Origin: Candidatus Latescibacterota bacterium
GTDB taxonomy: Bacteria; Latescibacterota; UBA2968; UBA8231
Direction of reading: 5' to 3'
DNA: 64,000 bases
Assembly (NCBI GenBank): GCA_965217585.1
Contig: OZ244561.1
Span: forward strand, 6,656,001 to 6,720,000
Shown: in pieces, positions 49,550 to 59,989 of the stretch
Layout of the letters: each line of letters starts with the position of its first letter
How positions within the stretch are numbered: position 1 is the stretch's first letter
Position numbers and translations under genes: made by a program
The notes under the pieces: model-generated
Databases searched by the model: none
The model's input: the letters and a program-made list of their open reading frames with translations, nothing else
Told to the model about the DNA's origin: nothing

Positions 49550-49942
49550 CTAGCGCTTGGAGAATTGGAAGCGCTTGCGCGCGCCGGCCAATCCGTACTT
49601 CTTGCGCTCTTTCTCGCGGGCATCGCGCATCAGAAAGCCGCCCTTCTTTAACACCTCCCGCTTCTGCGGGTCGTACTGCAGCAAGGCGCGGGCAATGCCC
49701 AGGCAGGCGGCACCGGCTTGGCCGCGCAGGCCGCCGCCACGGGTGGAAATGTGGATGTCGAAGGTGTTCCGAGTCTCGGTCAGCTCCAGAGGCTGCACGA
49801 GGATCATCTCTAGGGAATCTCGGCGCAGGTATTCGCCGACAGCGCGATCGTTCACGTAAATACTGCCATTGCCGAGCTGCAGGCGCACCCGGGCTACCGA
49901 GGTCTTTCTGCGGCCGGTCGCTTCGTAACTTTCTAAGGGCAT
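49550..49942 (-). CDS. rpsI: 30S ribosomal protein S9
   Basis: TGRRKTSVAR and a QFSKR C-terminus. Confidence 0.97.
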   Translation of the reverse strand: MPLESYEATGRRKTSVARVRLQLGNGSIYVNDRAVGEYLRRDSLEMILVQPLELTETRNTFDIHISTRGGGLRGQAGAACLGIARALLQYDPQKREVLKKGGFLMRDAREKERKKYGLAGARKRFQFSKR

Positions 49943-49960
49943 GGACGCGTTGCCTTTGGC

Positions 49961-50395
49961 TTAAAGTTCGAGAGGCTGGGGGTTTTGCGCTTGGTGCCGG
50001 TGTTCGCCGCCGATATAGACGCGGAGCTTCTTGAGCTGCATCCGGCCCAACTTGGTGTGGGGCAGCATGCCCCGCACGGCCTTGCGGATTATCCGATCGG
50101 GATGCCGCTCGGCCATGCGGCTATAGGGAGTAACCCGCAAGCCACCTGGATAGCCGGTGTGGCGATAATAGACCTTCTTTTCGGCCTTGTTGCCCGTGAC
50201 TCGCACCTTGTCGGCATGAATCACGATGACGTGGTCGCCTACATCGGCATGCGGGACGTATTCGGGCTTGCCCTTGCCGCGCAGCACTTGGGCAATTTCC
50301 GAAGCCAGCCGCCCCAAGATCTTGTCGGTGGCATCGACCACGAACCACTGCCGCTCGATTTCGCCCCCTTTAGGGGCGTAGGTAATGTCGTTCAT
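49961..50395 (-). CDS. rplM: 50S ribosomal protein L13
   Basis: WFVVDA..LGRLAS and HTGYPGG motifs. Confidence 0.97.
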   Translation of the reverse strand: MNDITYAPKGGEIERQWFVVDATDKILGRLASEIAQVLRGKGKPEYVPHADVGDHVIVIHADKVRVTGNKAEKKVYYRHTGYPGGLRVTPYSRMAERHPDRIIRKAVRGMLPHTKLGRMQLKKLRVYIGGEHRHQAQNPQPLEL

Positions 50396-50462
50396 TAGTC
50401 TTTTCTCGGATTAATTATATTAATATAGAAATGGATTAACCTAAGCCCTCTATCCGTACTTG

Positions 50463-51071
50463 TCAAGACTGGCCCACCCGCCGCTTGCGCCGCCAACGCC
50501 AGAGCAGCACCGCCCCGACCAAGCACAGCATCCCCACCAATAATTTGTTGTATTGCGCGAGCAACTCCGTGACCTGTTCCCAGTTCTCGCCCACCAAAAA
50601 TCCTGCGTAGAGCAGCAATCCGTTCCAAACCGCCATGCCGATCGAGCCGCAGAGTGCAACGGTTAGCCAAGGCATGCGCCCCAGACCAGCACCGATGGCG
50701 ATGACCGACCGAATGCCGCTCAAAAACCGGTTGCCGAGAATGAGCGCGACGCCGTAGCGATTGAGCCACCGCTCGGCTTGGGCCAGCTTTTTCGCGCCTC
50801 GACGAGCCGCGAAAAAGGCGCGCCCCCTGCTATAGCCCAGATAGTACATGACTAAGAAGCCCGCCATGCCCCCGGTACAGGTAGCAAGAAAAACCGGCCA
50901 TATATCCAAGAGGCCGCGCCCCACCAGATAGGCGCTAAACACCACCACCGTATCGCCCGGTATGGGCGGCACGATATTTTCTAAAAAGGCACTAAGCAAC
51001 AAGAGACCATACGCCCACAGCGGATCGACGCCCGACAGAGCCGCGAGCAGAGATTCCAAATAGGCCGCCAT
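50463..51071 (-). CDS. DedA family membrane protein
   Basis: ENIVPPIPGD and RFLSGIR motifs. Confidence 0.9.
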   Translation of the reverse strand: MAAYLESLLAALSGVDPLWAYGLLLLSAFLENIVPPIPGDTVVVFSAYLVGRGLLDIWPVFLATCTGGMAGFLVMYYLGYSRGRAFFAARRGAKKLAQAERWLNRYGVALILGNRFLSGIRSVIAIGAGLGRMPWLTVALCGSIGMAVWNGLLLYAGFLVGENWEQVTELLAQYNKLLVGMLCLVGAVLLWRWRRKRRVGQS

Positions 51072-51074
51072 GCT

Positions 51075-52241
51075 TTAGAGCGCCAAAAGGGCTACGGCTT
51101 GGGCCGCCATCCCCTCCTCGCGCCCAACGAACCCCAAGCGCTCGGTCGTAGTCGCCTTGAGCGAAACCTGCCCCACATCTAGACCCAAAGTCGCAGATAG
51201 CGTTTGGCGCATCGCTGTTATGTATGGCGCGAGTTTGGGCTGCTGAGCCGCGACGACGGCGTCGATGTGCAGGACCCGTGCCCCTCGTTCCGCTATCAGA
51301 ACGCCGACTCGCTGGAGCAGCACCAAGCTCGATATGTCCTTGTACTGCGCGTCCGAGTCGGGAAAGAGCTGGCCGATATCCCCGGCCGCCAAGGCACCCA
51401 AGAGCGCATCAATTATCGCATGTGTCAGCACATCCGCGTCCGAGTGGCCCGCCAATCCTCGTGCAAAGGGCACGACGACCCCGCCCAAGATTAGGGGCCG
51501 CCCTTCCTCCAAGCGATGCACGTCGTAGCCCTGTCCTATGCGCAAGCCCATAGCAGGCACCTTTTCCATTGCACGCACTCGCCACTCGGCCCAAGCCAGA
51601 TCCTCGGGCGTGGTTAGCTTGCGGTTGTCGGCTTCGCCGGGCACGACGCAGACCGCGTGGCCCAGCCGCTCGACCAGCGCGGCGTCGTCGGTGGCCACCG
51701 CATCGGTCCCGGCCGCGTGGTATGCCCTCAGGAGCAGCTCGCGGTCAAAGCCCTGCGGGGTCTGCGCCTGCCACAGCCGCTCGCGACGCGGCGTGCCGAC
51801 GACCCGACCGGCCACCACTTCCTTGATCGTCTCTACCACCGGCAAAGCGGGTAGCGCCGCTCCGTGCTCGCGGGTGGCAGCGACCACTCTCTCTAGCAGC
51901 TCCTCCGAAACAAACGGCCGCACGGCGTCGTGTACCAAGACCATATCGGCGCGGGTCTCCTGCAGGCCCCGATACACGGATGCGCTGCGCTGCGCCCCCC
52001 CAGGCACGAGGGTGGCGACTTTGGCAAAGCCTCCGCTCGCGCTCAATTGGCGGCGACAATAGTCCATGTCTTCGTGCCGCACGACCAAGACGATATCGGA
52101 AACCAGCGGGCTAGCTTCGAGCCGTGCGAGTACGTGCCAGAGCACGGGTCGGCCCCCTAACGGGAGATACTGCTTGGGCTGATCTCCTCCCATGCGCTGC
52201 CCCCGACCGGCGGCCGGAACGATGGCAGTTATGCGTTCCAC
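51075..52241 (-). CDS. ispDF: Bifunctional IspD/IspF
   Basis: AAGRGQRM..KQY, HDAVRP and QTPQ, then GYDVH and HSDADV. Confidence 0.94.
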   Translation of the reverse strand: MERITAIVPAAGRGQRMGGDQPKQYLPLGGRPVLWHVLARLEASPLVSDIVLVVRHEDMDYCRRQLSASGGFAKVATLVPGGAQRSASVYRGLQETRADMVLVHDAVRPFVSEELLERVVAATREHGAALPALPVVETIKEVVAGRVVGTPRRERLWQAQTPQGFDRELLLRAYHAAGTDAVATDDAALVERLGHAVCVVPGEADNRKLTTPEDLAWAEWRVRAMEKVPAMGLRIGQGYDVHRLEEGRPLILGGVVVPFARGLAGHSDADVLTHAIIDALLGALAAGDIGQLFPDSDAQYKDISSLVLLQRVGVLIAERGARVLHIDAVVAAQQPKLAPYITAMRQTLSATLGLDVGQVSLKATTTERLGFVGREEGMAAQAVALLAL

Positions 52242-52245
52242 GGCG

Positions 52246-53274
52246 TCACACGATCATCATGGCATCGCCATAACTATAAAAGCGATAGCCTCGCTCTATA
52301 GCCTCGCGGTAGGCGGCAAAAAGCCGTTCCCGCCCGACGAAGGCCGCCACGAGCAACAACAGGCTTGAACGCGGCAAGTGAAAGTTAGTCACCAACCTAT
52401 CGACCGCTTTGAATGCGTAGGGCGGATAGATAAACGCATCCGCAAATCCCCCGCAGGCACACACATTGCCCTCGGCATCGGTGCTCGACTCCAAGGTCCG
52501 CACCACGGTGGTACCGACGGCGACGATGCGCCTACCGGCCGCGCGACAACGCCTGAGCGCGGCCGCCACCGACTCGTCGATTTCGCAGTATTCGGGCTCG
52601 AGCAAATGCTGGCGCGGATCGGCACAACGCACCGGCTCGAACGTGCCCGGCCCCACGTGCAAGAGCACCTTCAGGACCGCCACGCCCTTAGCCGCGATCG
52701 CAGCGATTAACTGAGGGGTAAAGTGCAGGCCAGCCGTAGGTGCGGCAACAGCCCCCGGGCGCACCGCATAGATGGTCTGATAGCGCTCCCGGTCCGCGGC
52801 CTCAGGCGGACGGCGAATATAGGGAGGCAGCGGTATTTCTCCGATCTCTTCCAGCCGCGCCAGCACGTCCTCGACGGCAAAGCGCACGCGGAACCGGCCC
52901 GGTGCAACCTGCTCGACAATGTGTGCTTCCACCGCTCCGTCGCCAAACTCCAACCGCGTCTTTGGTTTTAATCCCCGCCTAGGCCGCCCCATAGCCAGCC
53001 AATCGCCCGCAGTTAGCGGTCTGAGCAGCAGCAGTTCAACCCGGCCTCCGGTAGCAGCTTTACGGCCCCTGAGCCGAGCCGGCACGACCTGTGTCTGATT
53101 CAATACTAGGGCGTCGCCGGGCGCGAGCTGATCGACGATGGCACCAAAGTGCAGGTGCTGCAATGAGCCATCCACCCGGTTCAAGAGCAAGAGGCGCGCT
53201 TGATCGCGCTCGGGCGACGGGCGTTGGGCGATCAGGGCATCGGGCAGGTCAAAATCGTAGTCTACTAGTTGCAT
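52246..53274 (-). CDS. queA: tRNA preQ1(34) SAM ribosyltransferase-isomerase
   Basis: PLPPYI, AAPTAGLHF and YSYGDAM motifs. Confidence 0.96.
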   Translation of the reverse strand: MQLVDYDFDLPDALIAQRPSPERDQARLLLLNRVDGSLQHLHFGAIVDQLAPGDALVLNQTQVVPARLRGRKAATGGRVELLLLRPLTAGDWLAMGRPRRGLKPKTRLEFGDGAVEAHIVEQVAPGRFRVRFAVEDVLARLEEIGEIPLPPYIRRPPEAADRERYQTIYAVRPGAVAAPTAGLHFTPQLIAAIAAKGVAVLKVLLHVGPGTFEPVRCADPRQHLLEPEYCEIDESVAAALRRCRAAGRRIVAVGTTVVRTLESSTDAEGNVCACGGFADAFIYPPYAFKAVDRLVTNFHLPRSSLLLLVAAFVGRERLFAAYREAIERGYRFYSYGDAMMIV

Positions 53275-53288
53275 CGAGCGGTGCCAAC

Positions 53289-53996
53289 CTATCCCCTAGA
53301 CCGCGTAGGACGCCACCACACATAGCGGAAAATAGTCCAGAGAATTTTGTATCCGGCCCGCAGCGTACCGGTGAGCGTGCCGGTGATCTTGGAGGTGCCG
53401 ATGCGGCGGCGGTAGCGCACGGGCACTTCGGCTGCGCGCAGGCCCAGCCGAGCGGCTTTGACCTGCATCTCCGCAGTCCAGCCAAAGTTGCGGTCCTGCA
53501 TCTCCAGCCGCATGAGCGCGTCGTAGCGCAATGCGCGGAAAGGCCCCAAATCCGTAAAAGTGACGCCGAACAACAGGCGAATTAAGAAGGTGGCCAACCA
53601 GTTGCCAAAACGGGCTTGGGGCAAAAGAGCACCCTTTTCTCGCTGGCCCAAGACCCGCGAGCCAATAACCATATCGGCGCGGCCGGCGACGAGCGGGCTT
53701 ACTAAAGCTGGCATGTCCTCGGGGTAATCGCTGTAGTCGCCGTCGAGGAAGACGACGATATCCGGGCACTTGAGATGGGCCATGCCCGCCAGACAGGCCT
53801 GGCCGTAGCCGCGGCGCGGCTCGCTGACGACACAGGCACCCAAGCGGCGGGCCACCTTGGCGGTGCAGTCGCCCGAGCCATTATCGACGACGATGACCTG
53901 CTGTGCAATGGCCGGGATGTCTTGCAGCACCTTGCCGATGGCTTCTTCTTCGTCGCAGGCGGGAATGACGACGGCAATGGCCGGAGGCGAGTCCAT
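53289..53996 (-). CDS. Glycosyltransferase family 2
   Basis: VVDNGS, RRGYG, FLDGD and DLGPFR motifs. Confidence 0.9.
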   Translation of the reverse strand: MDSPPAIAVVIPACDEEEAIGKVLQDIPAIAQQVIVVDNGSGDCTAKVARRLGACVVSEPRRGYGQACLAGMAHLKCPDIVVFLDGDYSDYPEDMPALVSPLVAGRADMVIGSRVLGQREKGALLPQARFGNWLATFLIRLLFGVTFTDLGPFRALRYDALMRLEMQDRNFGWTAEMQVKAARLGLRAAEVPVRYRRRIGTSKITGTLTGTLRAGYKILWTIFRYVWWRPTRSRG

Positions 53997-54025
53997 GCGC
54001 TGGGCACCGCAGGTGAAGTACTTAC

Positions 54026-54856
54026 TTAGAGGTTTTCCTCCAACCAGAGAAAGAACAGGTCCTGCGCCTCGACGACATTGTCGAGCAATTCAAAGCCGTG
54101 GTAGGCCGAGTCTGGAAAAACGCGCAGATCTTTTGGCTCGGCCGTCAGCGCCTCTAGGCTGCGAGCGAAATCGGCATAGCTGAGAATGACGTCCCCGGCC
54201 TGAATTTGATCCTGATCGCCCGCCATAAAGAGCATGGACCGCGGGCCAAATGACTCGAGGCCAGTCCCGATGACCAACGGCTCTAGCGAAGAGGCCCCCC
54301 ACAGCCCGGGCGAGAGGGAGACGCCGGTTTTTATTAGCTCGGGGAAAATGCCCGAACTCACGTAGGCCACATTCCCCCCCGAGCCAGTACCCACTACCGC
54401 GATGCGGCTGACATCGACTTGGGACTGGCTCGGCAGCCAGACCAGCGCGGCATGGACATCGAGGAAGCTCAGTTCCAGATCCACCAATTCCAAGACCTGC
54501 CGATCATCGGGCAGCGGGGTTTCGCCGTGCCCGCGCATGTCGATGGCCAAGACGGCGTAGCCACGCTCTAGCAGGGCCACGTACGTGTCGGTGTTGTTCA
54601 ACCAGTCGGATTTGCGCCCCCCTAGATCGTGCAGGAGGATCACCACCGGCAGCAATTCGCCGCCCTGCGCCGTGCCAAAAAGCGCGCTCACCTCGACGCC
54701 GTCGTTGGACGGGAAGCTAACTGCTGAAATGGGATAGGCACGGCCCGGTCCCTGGGGCAGATCGGGGCCGACGATCCGTAGATCCTCCTCCGAGTCGCTG
54801 CACCCCGCAACCACAAGGGCGAGTATCCAAACCCACCTGCACAGTATCTTGCTCAT
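54026..54856 (-). CDS. Alpha/beta hydrolase-fold lipoprotein
   Basis: VAGC lipobox, DMRGHG and HG motifs; the nucleophile elbow reads GTGSGG, which is atypical. Confidence 0.75.
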   Translation of the reverse strand: MSKILCRWVWILALVVAGCSDSEEDLRIVGPDLPQGPGRAYPISAVSFPSNDGVEVSALFGTAQGGELLPVVILLHDLGGRKSDWLNNTDTYVALLERGYAVLAIDMRGHGETPLPDDRQVLELVDLELSFLDVHAALVWLPSQSQVDVSRIAVVGTGSGGNVAYVSSGIFPELIKTGVSLSPGLWGASSLEPLVIGTGLESFGPRSMLFMAGDQDQIQAGDVILSYADFARSLEALTAEPKDLRVFPDSAYHGFELLDNVVEAQDLFFLWLEENL

Positions 54857-54976
54857 AAGATCATAATCCTCGCCCAAAAGCGCGTTGCAAGCGCCCTCTA
54901 TTGGCAACGCTCCTGATTTTCGTAACTCCTTGAGTTTGAATAAACAACCTCACTCTCTAGCTGTCAACTTGACGCC

Positions 54977-55005
54977 TTGACGGCAAAATTCTTTTGCCGT
55001 ATGCT
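54977..55005 (+). promoter_or_regulatory. Sigma70 promoter with an internal palindrome, likely leaderless transcript
   Basis: TTGACG-17 nt-TATGCT, 8 nt before the ATG; contains acggcaaaa-ttc-ttttgccgt. Confidence 0.6.
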
Positions 55006-55013
55006 GCCGCTTT

Positions 55014-56720
55014 ATGATCCGCGTCGAAAAACTCAGCCTTAGCTATCGCGGGGGCCTAGCCGCCTTGCGCTCCATCGACCTCCACATCAGCCCCGGGGAA
55101 GACATCGCCCTCATCGGTGCCAACGGATCGGGCAAAACCACCCTCGCCCGCTGCTTAAATGGACTACAACAGCCCCAAGAGGGCCGGGTCCTCGTCGATG
55201 GCATGGACGCCAGCAATCCGGCCCAACTCCGCTCCATCCGCCAGCTAGTCGGCATGGTGTTTCAAAACCCAGACGATCAGCTAGTCGGCACCACGGTCGC
55301 CGACGAATTGGCCTTTGGCCTGGAAAATATAGCCCTAGCCAGCGATGAAATTCGCCACCGCGTCGAAGAAGCGCTCGCCGCTTTCGACCTCGAAGCCTAT
55401 CGCCGCTATCCGCCGCACAGGCTCTCCGGCGGCGAGAAGCAGCGCGTGGCCATTGCCGCAGTGGTGGCGATGCGACCGCGCTATCTCGTCTTGGACGAAT
55501 CGACGGCCCTGCTCGACCCGGGCGAAAGACAGCAAGTAGCCGAGCTGCTCCAGCGGCTGCGCACCGCTCACGGCATCGCGACGATACTCATAACCCAGTC
55601 TCCAGAAGAAGCCGCTCGCGCCGACCGCGCCATCGTCCTCCACGCGGGTCGGGTCCATGCAGACGGCCCCCCTGCCGCGCTCTTCGCCGACCCGCCCAAG
55701 CTCCGCGCCCTCGGCCTCGACCTCCCCTTCGCCAGCGCCCTTGCCGTTCACCTGCCGCTGGCCGAGACCCACTTGGCGCTAGACACCTTATCCGACGCGC
55801 TGGCCGCGCTAAAACCTCAGACGCCCCTAGCGCCTTGGACGCCGCCGCCGCCACCGCCGCCCGCTCCGAGCAAACTAGCGGCCGAAGGGCTGACGCACCT
55901 CTACGACGAGTATCTGCCCACCCAGCGTCGCGGCATTCGCGACATTACCATGGATGTCCCCACCGGTGCCGTACTGGCCCTCATGGGTACCAATGGCTCG
56001 GGAAAAACCACCCTCGTCCAGCACTTCAACGCCCTGCTCAAACCCTCGCGCGGTCGCGTACTCCTCGACCGCTGCGACATTGGGTCCCAGCCCCCGGCTC
56101 GCGTGCGCCAGCGCGTCGGCTTGGCCTTCCAGTTTCCCGAACTCCAGCTATTCGCCGAAACCGTGGCCGAGGATGTGGCCTTTGGGCCGCGCAACCTCGG
56201 CTTTGCTCCCGAGCGCGTCGGTTGCCTCGTAGCGCGCACACTCGCCTTGGTAGGCATGCCGCTGGGAGAATTCGGGCCGCGCCAACCCCTCTCGTTGAGC
56301 GGAGGCGAGAGGCGTCGCGTCGCACTCGCCGGTGTCCTCGCCATGGACCCAGAGGTCTTAGTGCTCGACGAGCCGACCGCTGGCCTCGACCCCCGGACTA
56401 CGGCCCGCTTGTGCCAGCTCTTCGCCGAGCTGAGTGGCCAAGGCCGCACCCTCGTGATGATCAGCCACGATATGGAGCTAGTCGGTCACCTAGCCACCCA
56501 CGTAGTGGTCCTGCGCCACGGCCGCATCGAGTTGCAAGGGCCAGCCCGCGCCGTGCTCACCCATCCCGAATTCGAGTCTATTAGTGGGCTTGTGCCCCCT
56601 ACGTCCGTGCAGTTGGCCCGCCGCCTGCGACAACGCGGTCTAGCCCTAGCCGGCGACCCATTGACCCTGCGCGAAACCATCGACTGGCTAACCCCACTCG
56701 TCGCCCTCTCCCATGTCTAA
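55014..56720 (+). CDS. Fused double ECF transporter ATPase (EcfA1-EcfA2)
   Basis: Two Walker A motifs, FQNPDDQ and FQFPE.QLF Q-loops, and two LSGGE signatures. Confidence 0.9.
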   Translation: MIRVEKLSLSYRGGLAALRSIDLHISPGEDIALIGANGSGKTTLARCLNGLQQPQEGRVLVDGMDASNPAQLRSIRQLVGMVFQNPDDQLVGTTVADELAFGLENIALASDEIRHRVEEALAAFDLEAYRRYPPHRLSGGEKQRVAIAAVVAMRPRYLVLDESTALLDPGERQQVAELLQRLRTAHGIATILITQSPEEAARADRAIVLHAGRVHADGPPAALFADPPKLRALGLDLPFASALAVHLPLAETHLALDTLSDALAALKPQTPLAPWTPPPPPPPAPSKLAAEGLTHLYDEYLPTQRRGIRDITMDVPTGAVLALMGTNGSGKTTLVQHFNALLKPSRGRVLLDRCDIGSQPPARVRQRVGLAFQFPELQLFAETVAEDVAFGPRNLGFAPERVGCLVARTLALVGMPLGEFGPRQPLSLSGGERRRVALAGVLAMDPEVLVLDEPTAGLDPRTTARLCQLFAELSGQGRTLVMISHDMELVGHLATHVVVLRHGRIELQGPARAVLTHPEFESISGLVPPTSVQLARRLRQRGLALAGDPLTLRETIDWLTPLVALSHV

Positions 56721-58011
56721 ATTTTCTGCCGACTTGCTCGTCCGCCAAGGCCGCCTGATCGACCCAGCCAACGGCACAGATGCCCTAGGAGACATCCTCA
56801 TCCGCCGAGGGAAAATAGTCCAGTCGGCCCCGAGCCTCCCGGCACCTCCAGACGCACCCATCCTGACGGCCGCCGGTTTGGTCGTCGCCCCAGGTTTTAT
56901 CGACATCCACACCCATCTCCGCGAACCGGGCTACGAACACAAGGAGACCATTCAGAGCGGCACCGCAGCAGCGGCGGCCGGCGGCATCTGCGCAGTAGCC
57001 GCCATGCCCAATACCAACCCTCCTCCCGACAGCAGCGATCACTTGCAGCTAGCGCTGGAGCGAGCGCAGACGGCCGCGGTGCGCTACTATCCAATCGCCT
57101 GCGTGACAGTGGGCCGCCAAGGCCGCGGCGCACTCGCCCCCCTCGCGAAATTGGCTGCGTTGGGCGCGGTGGCCTTTTCCGACGACGGCGATCCCGTCGA
57201 AGACGAGGCTTTGATGCGCCGCGCCCTCGAAATCGCCCGCGACCTCGACCGGCCCATCTTCCCGCATGAAGAGGTCAAGTCGCTTACGACCGGCGGCTGT
57301 ATGCACGCAGGAGAAGTGGCAGCGCGCCTCGGCGTCAAGGGTATGCCAGCAGCAGGCGAGGAGGAAATGATCGCTCGCGACATAGAACTTGTTCGCCAGA
57401 CCGGCGGCCCTTTGCACATCGCCCATATCAGCACAGCCGGCACCGCGCAATTGGTCCGGCGCGCCAAAGCCGACGGCCTACCCGTGACCTGCGAAGTGCT
57501 ACCCCACCACTTCGTACTCACCGACTGTGAGGTCGAGCGCCAAGGCACGGCCGCCAAGATGAGCCCTCCGCTGCGCGAGGCCGCCGATGTCGAGGCCATG
57601 CTCGCGGGGCTAGCCGATGGCACCATAGAGGTCATTGCGACCGACCATGCGCCGCATACGGCCGCGGAAAAAGCCCAATCCCTAACCCAAGCCCCTATGG
57701 GCATCGTCGGTCTAGAGACGGCCGTCGGCCTCACCTTGACCTATTTGGTGGACCGCGTTTTGCCCCTCCACGAAGCCATCGCGCGCTGGACCTGCCACCC
57801 AGCGCGCATCTTGCGCCTGCCCGGGGGAGCGCTCTCCCCGGGGATGCCCGGGGATCTAACCCTCCTCGACCTAACGCGCGAATGGGAGGTAGTCCCCGCG
57901 CACTTCCGCTCCAAATCGCGGAACACTCCCTTTGCTGGTTATCGCCTAAAGGGCAAGGCCATGGCCACCATCGTCGGCGGCCAGATCGTCTATAGCGAGT
58001 TGGCCACTTAG
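56713..58011 (+). CDS. pyrC: Dihydroorotase
   Basis: HTHLREPG, MPNT and ATDHAPH motifs. Confidence 0.93.
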   Translation: MSKFSADLLVRQGRLIDPANGTDALGDILIRRGKIVQSAPSLPAPPDAPILTAAGLVVAPGFIDIHTHLREPGYEHKETIQSGTAAAAAGGICAVAAMPNTNPPPDSSDHLQLALERAQTAAVRYYPIACVTVGRQGRGALAPLAKLAALGAVAFSDDGDPVEDEALMRRALEIARDLDRPIFPHEEVKSLTTGGCMHAGEVAARLGVKGMPAAGEEEMIARDIELVRQTGGPLHIAHISTAGTAQLVRRAKADGLPVTCEVLPHHFVLTDCEVERQGTAAKMSPPLREAADVEAMLAGLADGTIEVIATDHAPHTAAEKAQSLTQAPMGIVGLETAVGLTLTYLVDRVLPLHEAIARWTCHPARILRLPGGALSPGMPGDLTLLDLTREWEVVPAHFRSKSRNTPFAGYRLKGKAMATIVGGQIVYSELAT

Positions 58012-59354
58012 TCGAGGAGCTTAAACGCGTCCGGCCAATGCTCAATCTCCGCGTCGGCCGCGCGCAGCCACACGGCGAGCACGTCGAAACGGCAGACCGT
58101 ATCGGCCGCGGCGCGGTATTGGATATAGTGCTGGGCGGCCCGCGTCAGGCGCTGCCGCTTGGCGCGATCCACCCTTTGTTCGGGGCGAGACGCGCGCTGG
58201 CTGGCCTTTACCTCGACAAAGACCAACTCGCCCTTCTCTTCGGCCACCAAGTCGATCTCGCCCCCAACGGCGCGATAACGACGCGCCCGGATCCGATAGC
58301 CCCGTTCTTTTAGATAAGCCTCGGCCGCCGCTTCACCCCGCCGCCCGATGTCCCCCAGCCTGTCGCGCTGCTCCTGATAAGCCCCTCTCAAGGCCGCTAG
58401 CTCATCGGTCGTTAAATCGTCCACGGCCTCTTTGACTAACTGTCCCAACCTCTCTAGCTCGGCGAGGTTCGCGCAGTCGTATATGCCTTCTTCAAAACGG
58501 AGAAAAAGCTCCGAGCGCGGCTCGGCGACTAGCGCGGCCACCGGGCCGAAACTGCGGCGGTGCAGCGGGCAAGGACCATGGGCGTCAAGCGCGGCTAAGT
58601 GCGCGGCACTGCCGTAGCCTTTATGCGCGGCAAACCCGTATTCGGGATAGCGGACGTCGCATTCGCACATCAGGCGGTCGCGGTGTACTTTGGCCACGAT
58701 CGAGGCAGCGGCAATCGACAGCGAGCGGGCGTCTCCGTCAATGATGGCTTGTTCGGGATAGGGGCTACGCGCCGGCAGGTGTCCGTCGATCAGCACCCGG
58801 TCGGGCGGGGCTTGCAAATTCTCCAACGCCAAGCGCATGGCCTTGAGCGAGGCCTGTAGGATGTTCAAGCGGTCGATCTCCGCGGCCTCTACCTGCCCTA
58901 TCCCCACGGCTAGGGCCTTGGCCGCGATCTCCTCGTACAGGGCTTCGCGCTGGGTGCGCGACAGCTTCTTGGAATCGTCGATCTTGGCGATGACACAGTC
59001 CGGCGACAAAACGACGGCGGCGGCCACCACAGGCCCCGCCAAGCAGCCGCGCCCAGCTTCATCGACGCCAGCCACTCGGCGCACCCCCTGTGCCCAAAGG
59101 TGCCGTTCAAAGTGCAGCAGCCGCTCGCGCCGCTGGGACTCCGCCTGCTCCCGCGCATCGCGGCGACGCCGTTCGACCACCAAGCGCCGGACGCCGACGC
59201 GGCGATCCTTTTCGAGCAAGGCCCAGCCCGGATCGCCGCTTTTCCACTCCGCCACCTGTGCGCGTATCTGGGCGATCGTCATTCTAGCGAGTTCGGCCGC
59301 GGCCTCGCGTTCGCAGGAACGGTTCATACCGGCAGACGTCTCATCTGTTGACAT
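58008..59354 (-). CDS. rnhB: Ribonuclease HII fused to YraN (UPF0102) nuclease
   Basis: GVDEAGRG, DSKKL, AAASIVAK and HRRSF, then GRRGE..A..YL...GEIDLV...FVEVK...CRFDV in the same frame. Confidence 0.88.
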   Translation of the reverse strand: MSTDETSAGMNRSCEREAAAELARMTIAQIRAQVAEWKSGDPGWALLEKDRRVGVRRLVVERRRRDAREQAESQRRERLLHFERHLWAQGVRRVAGVDEAGRGCLAGPVVAAAVVLSPDCVIAKIDDSKKLSRTQREALYEEIAAKALAVGIGQVEAAEIDRLNILQASLKAMRLALENLQAPPDRVLIDGHLPARSPYPEQAIIDGDARSLSIAAASIVAKVHRDRLMCECDVRYPEYGFAAHKGYGSAAHLAALDAHGPCPLHRRSFGPVAALVAEPRSELFLRFEEGIYDCANLAELERLGQLVKEAVDDLTTDELAALRGAYQEQRDRLGDIGRRGEAAAEAYLKERGYRIRARRYRAVGGEIDLVAEEKGELVFVEVKASQRASRPEQRVDRAKRQRLTRAAQHYIQYRAAADTVCRFDVLAVWLRAADAEIEHWPDAFKLLD

Positions 59355-59404
59355 GGGGTATCGACCTCGTATATTTGCAAAAAGCTACCAAGAGGAGCCT
59401 TAAC

Positions 59405-59989
59405 ATGAAGCGCAACACGGTGTTAGTCGCCTGCTTTTGCCTCGTTTTGCAACCCGTCTTGGCCCTCGCCGAGACGGAACCGGAACCTATCGCCGGGGCA
59501 GACACCCGACTCTATCTGGCCGATGGCAGCTTGGTGGAAGGCAATTTGATCGAGAAGGCCCAAGATCTTGTCATCATGCGCATCAATGACAAGATCTTCA
59601 CTTTCGACAAGACCGAAATCGACAAGATCATCACCCTCGAATCGCTGGGCGGGGGTGCCCAGACGATCTCGGTGACCGAGTTCCCCTACATCAGTTTCCT
59701 CGGGGGAGCCCTTGCCTTTAGCCTGCTCTCTTGGCTGCAATTCGACCGGGCTTCCGACAACGAAGCCGAAGCGGAGCTCAACCGCCTACACGGCCAGGAA
59801 GCCCGCGCCCAAAAGCTCGACGACAAAGCCGATCGCGCCCGCCTCTATGGCTGGTCCACAGCCGTTTTTGCTGCCGGCAGCTTCGGGGTCGCCCTGATCC
59901 CGCGCAAAACCACCCGCCGCGTCTTTCCCGAACTCAGTTTCCGCGACGGCGAGCCGCGCATCGGCGTATCCTACGTCTATTCGTTCTGA
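59405..59989 (+). CDS. Hypothetical exported/membrane protein
   Basis: Signal peptide MKRNTVL after a GAGGAG RBS; two hydrophobic segments; C-terminal YSF. Confidence 0.7.
   Translation: MKRNTVLVACFCLVLQPVLALAETEPEPIAGADTRLYLADGSLVEGNLIEKAQDLVIMRINDKIFTFDKTEIDKIITLESLGGGAQTISVTEFPYISFLGGALAFSLLSWLQFDRASDNEAEAELNRLHGQEARAQKLDDKADRARLYGWSTAVFAAGSFGVALIPRKTTRRVFPELSFRDGEPRIGVSYVYSF

Noticed and set aside
51075-52241. IspD-IspF fusion as a novelty
   Set aside because: This is a well-known bifunctional enzyme.
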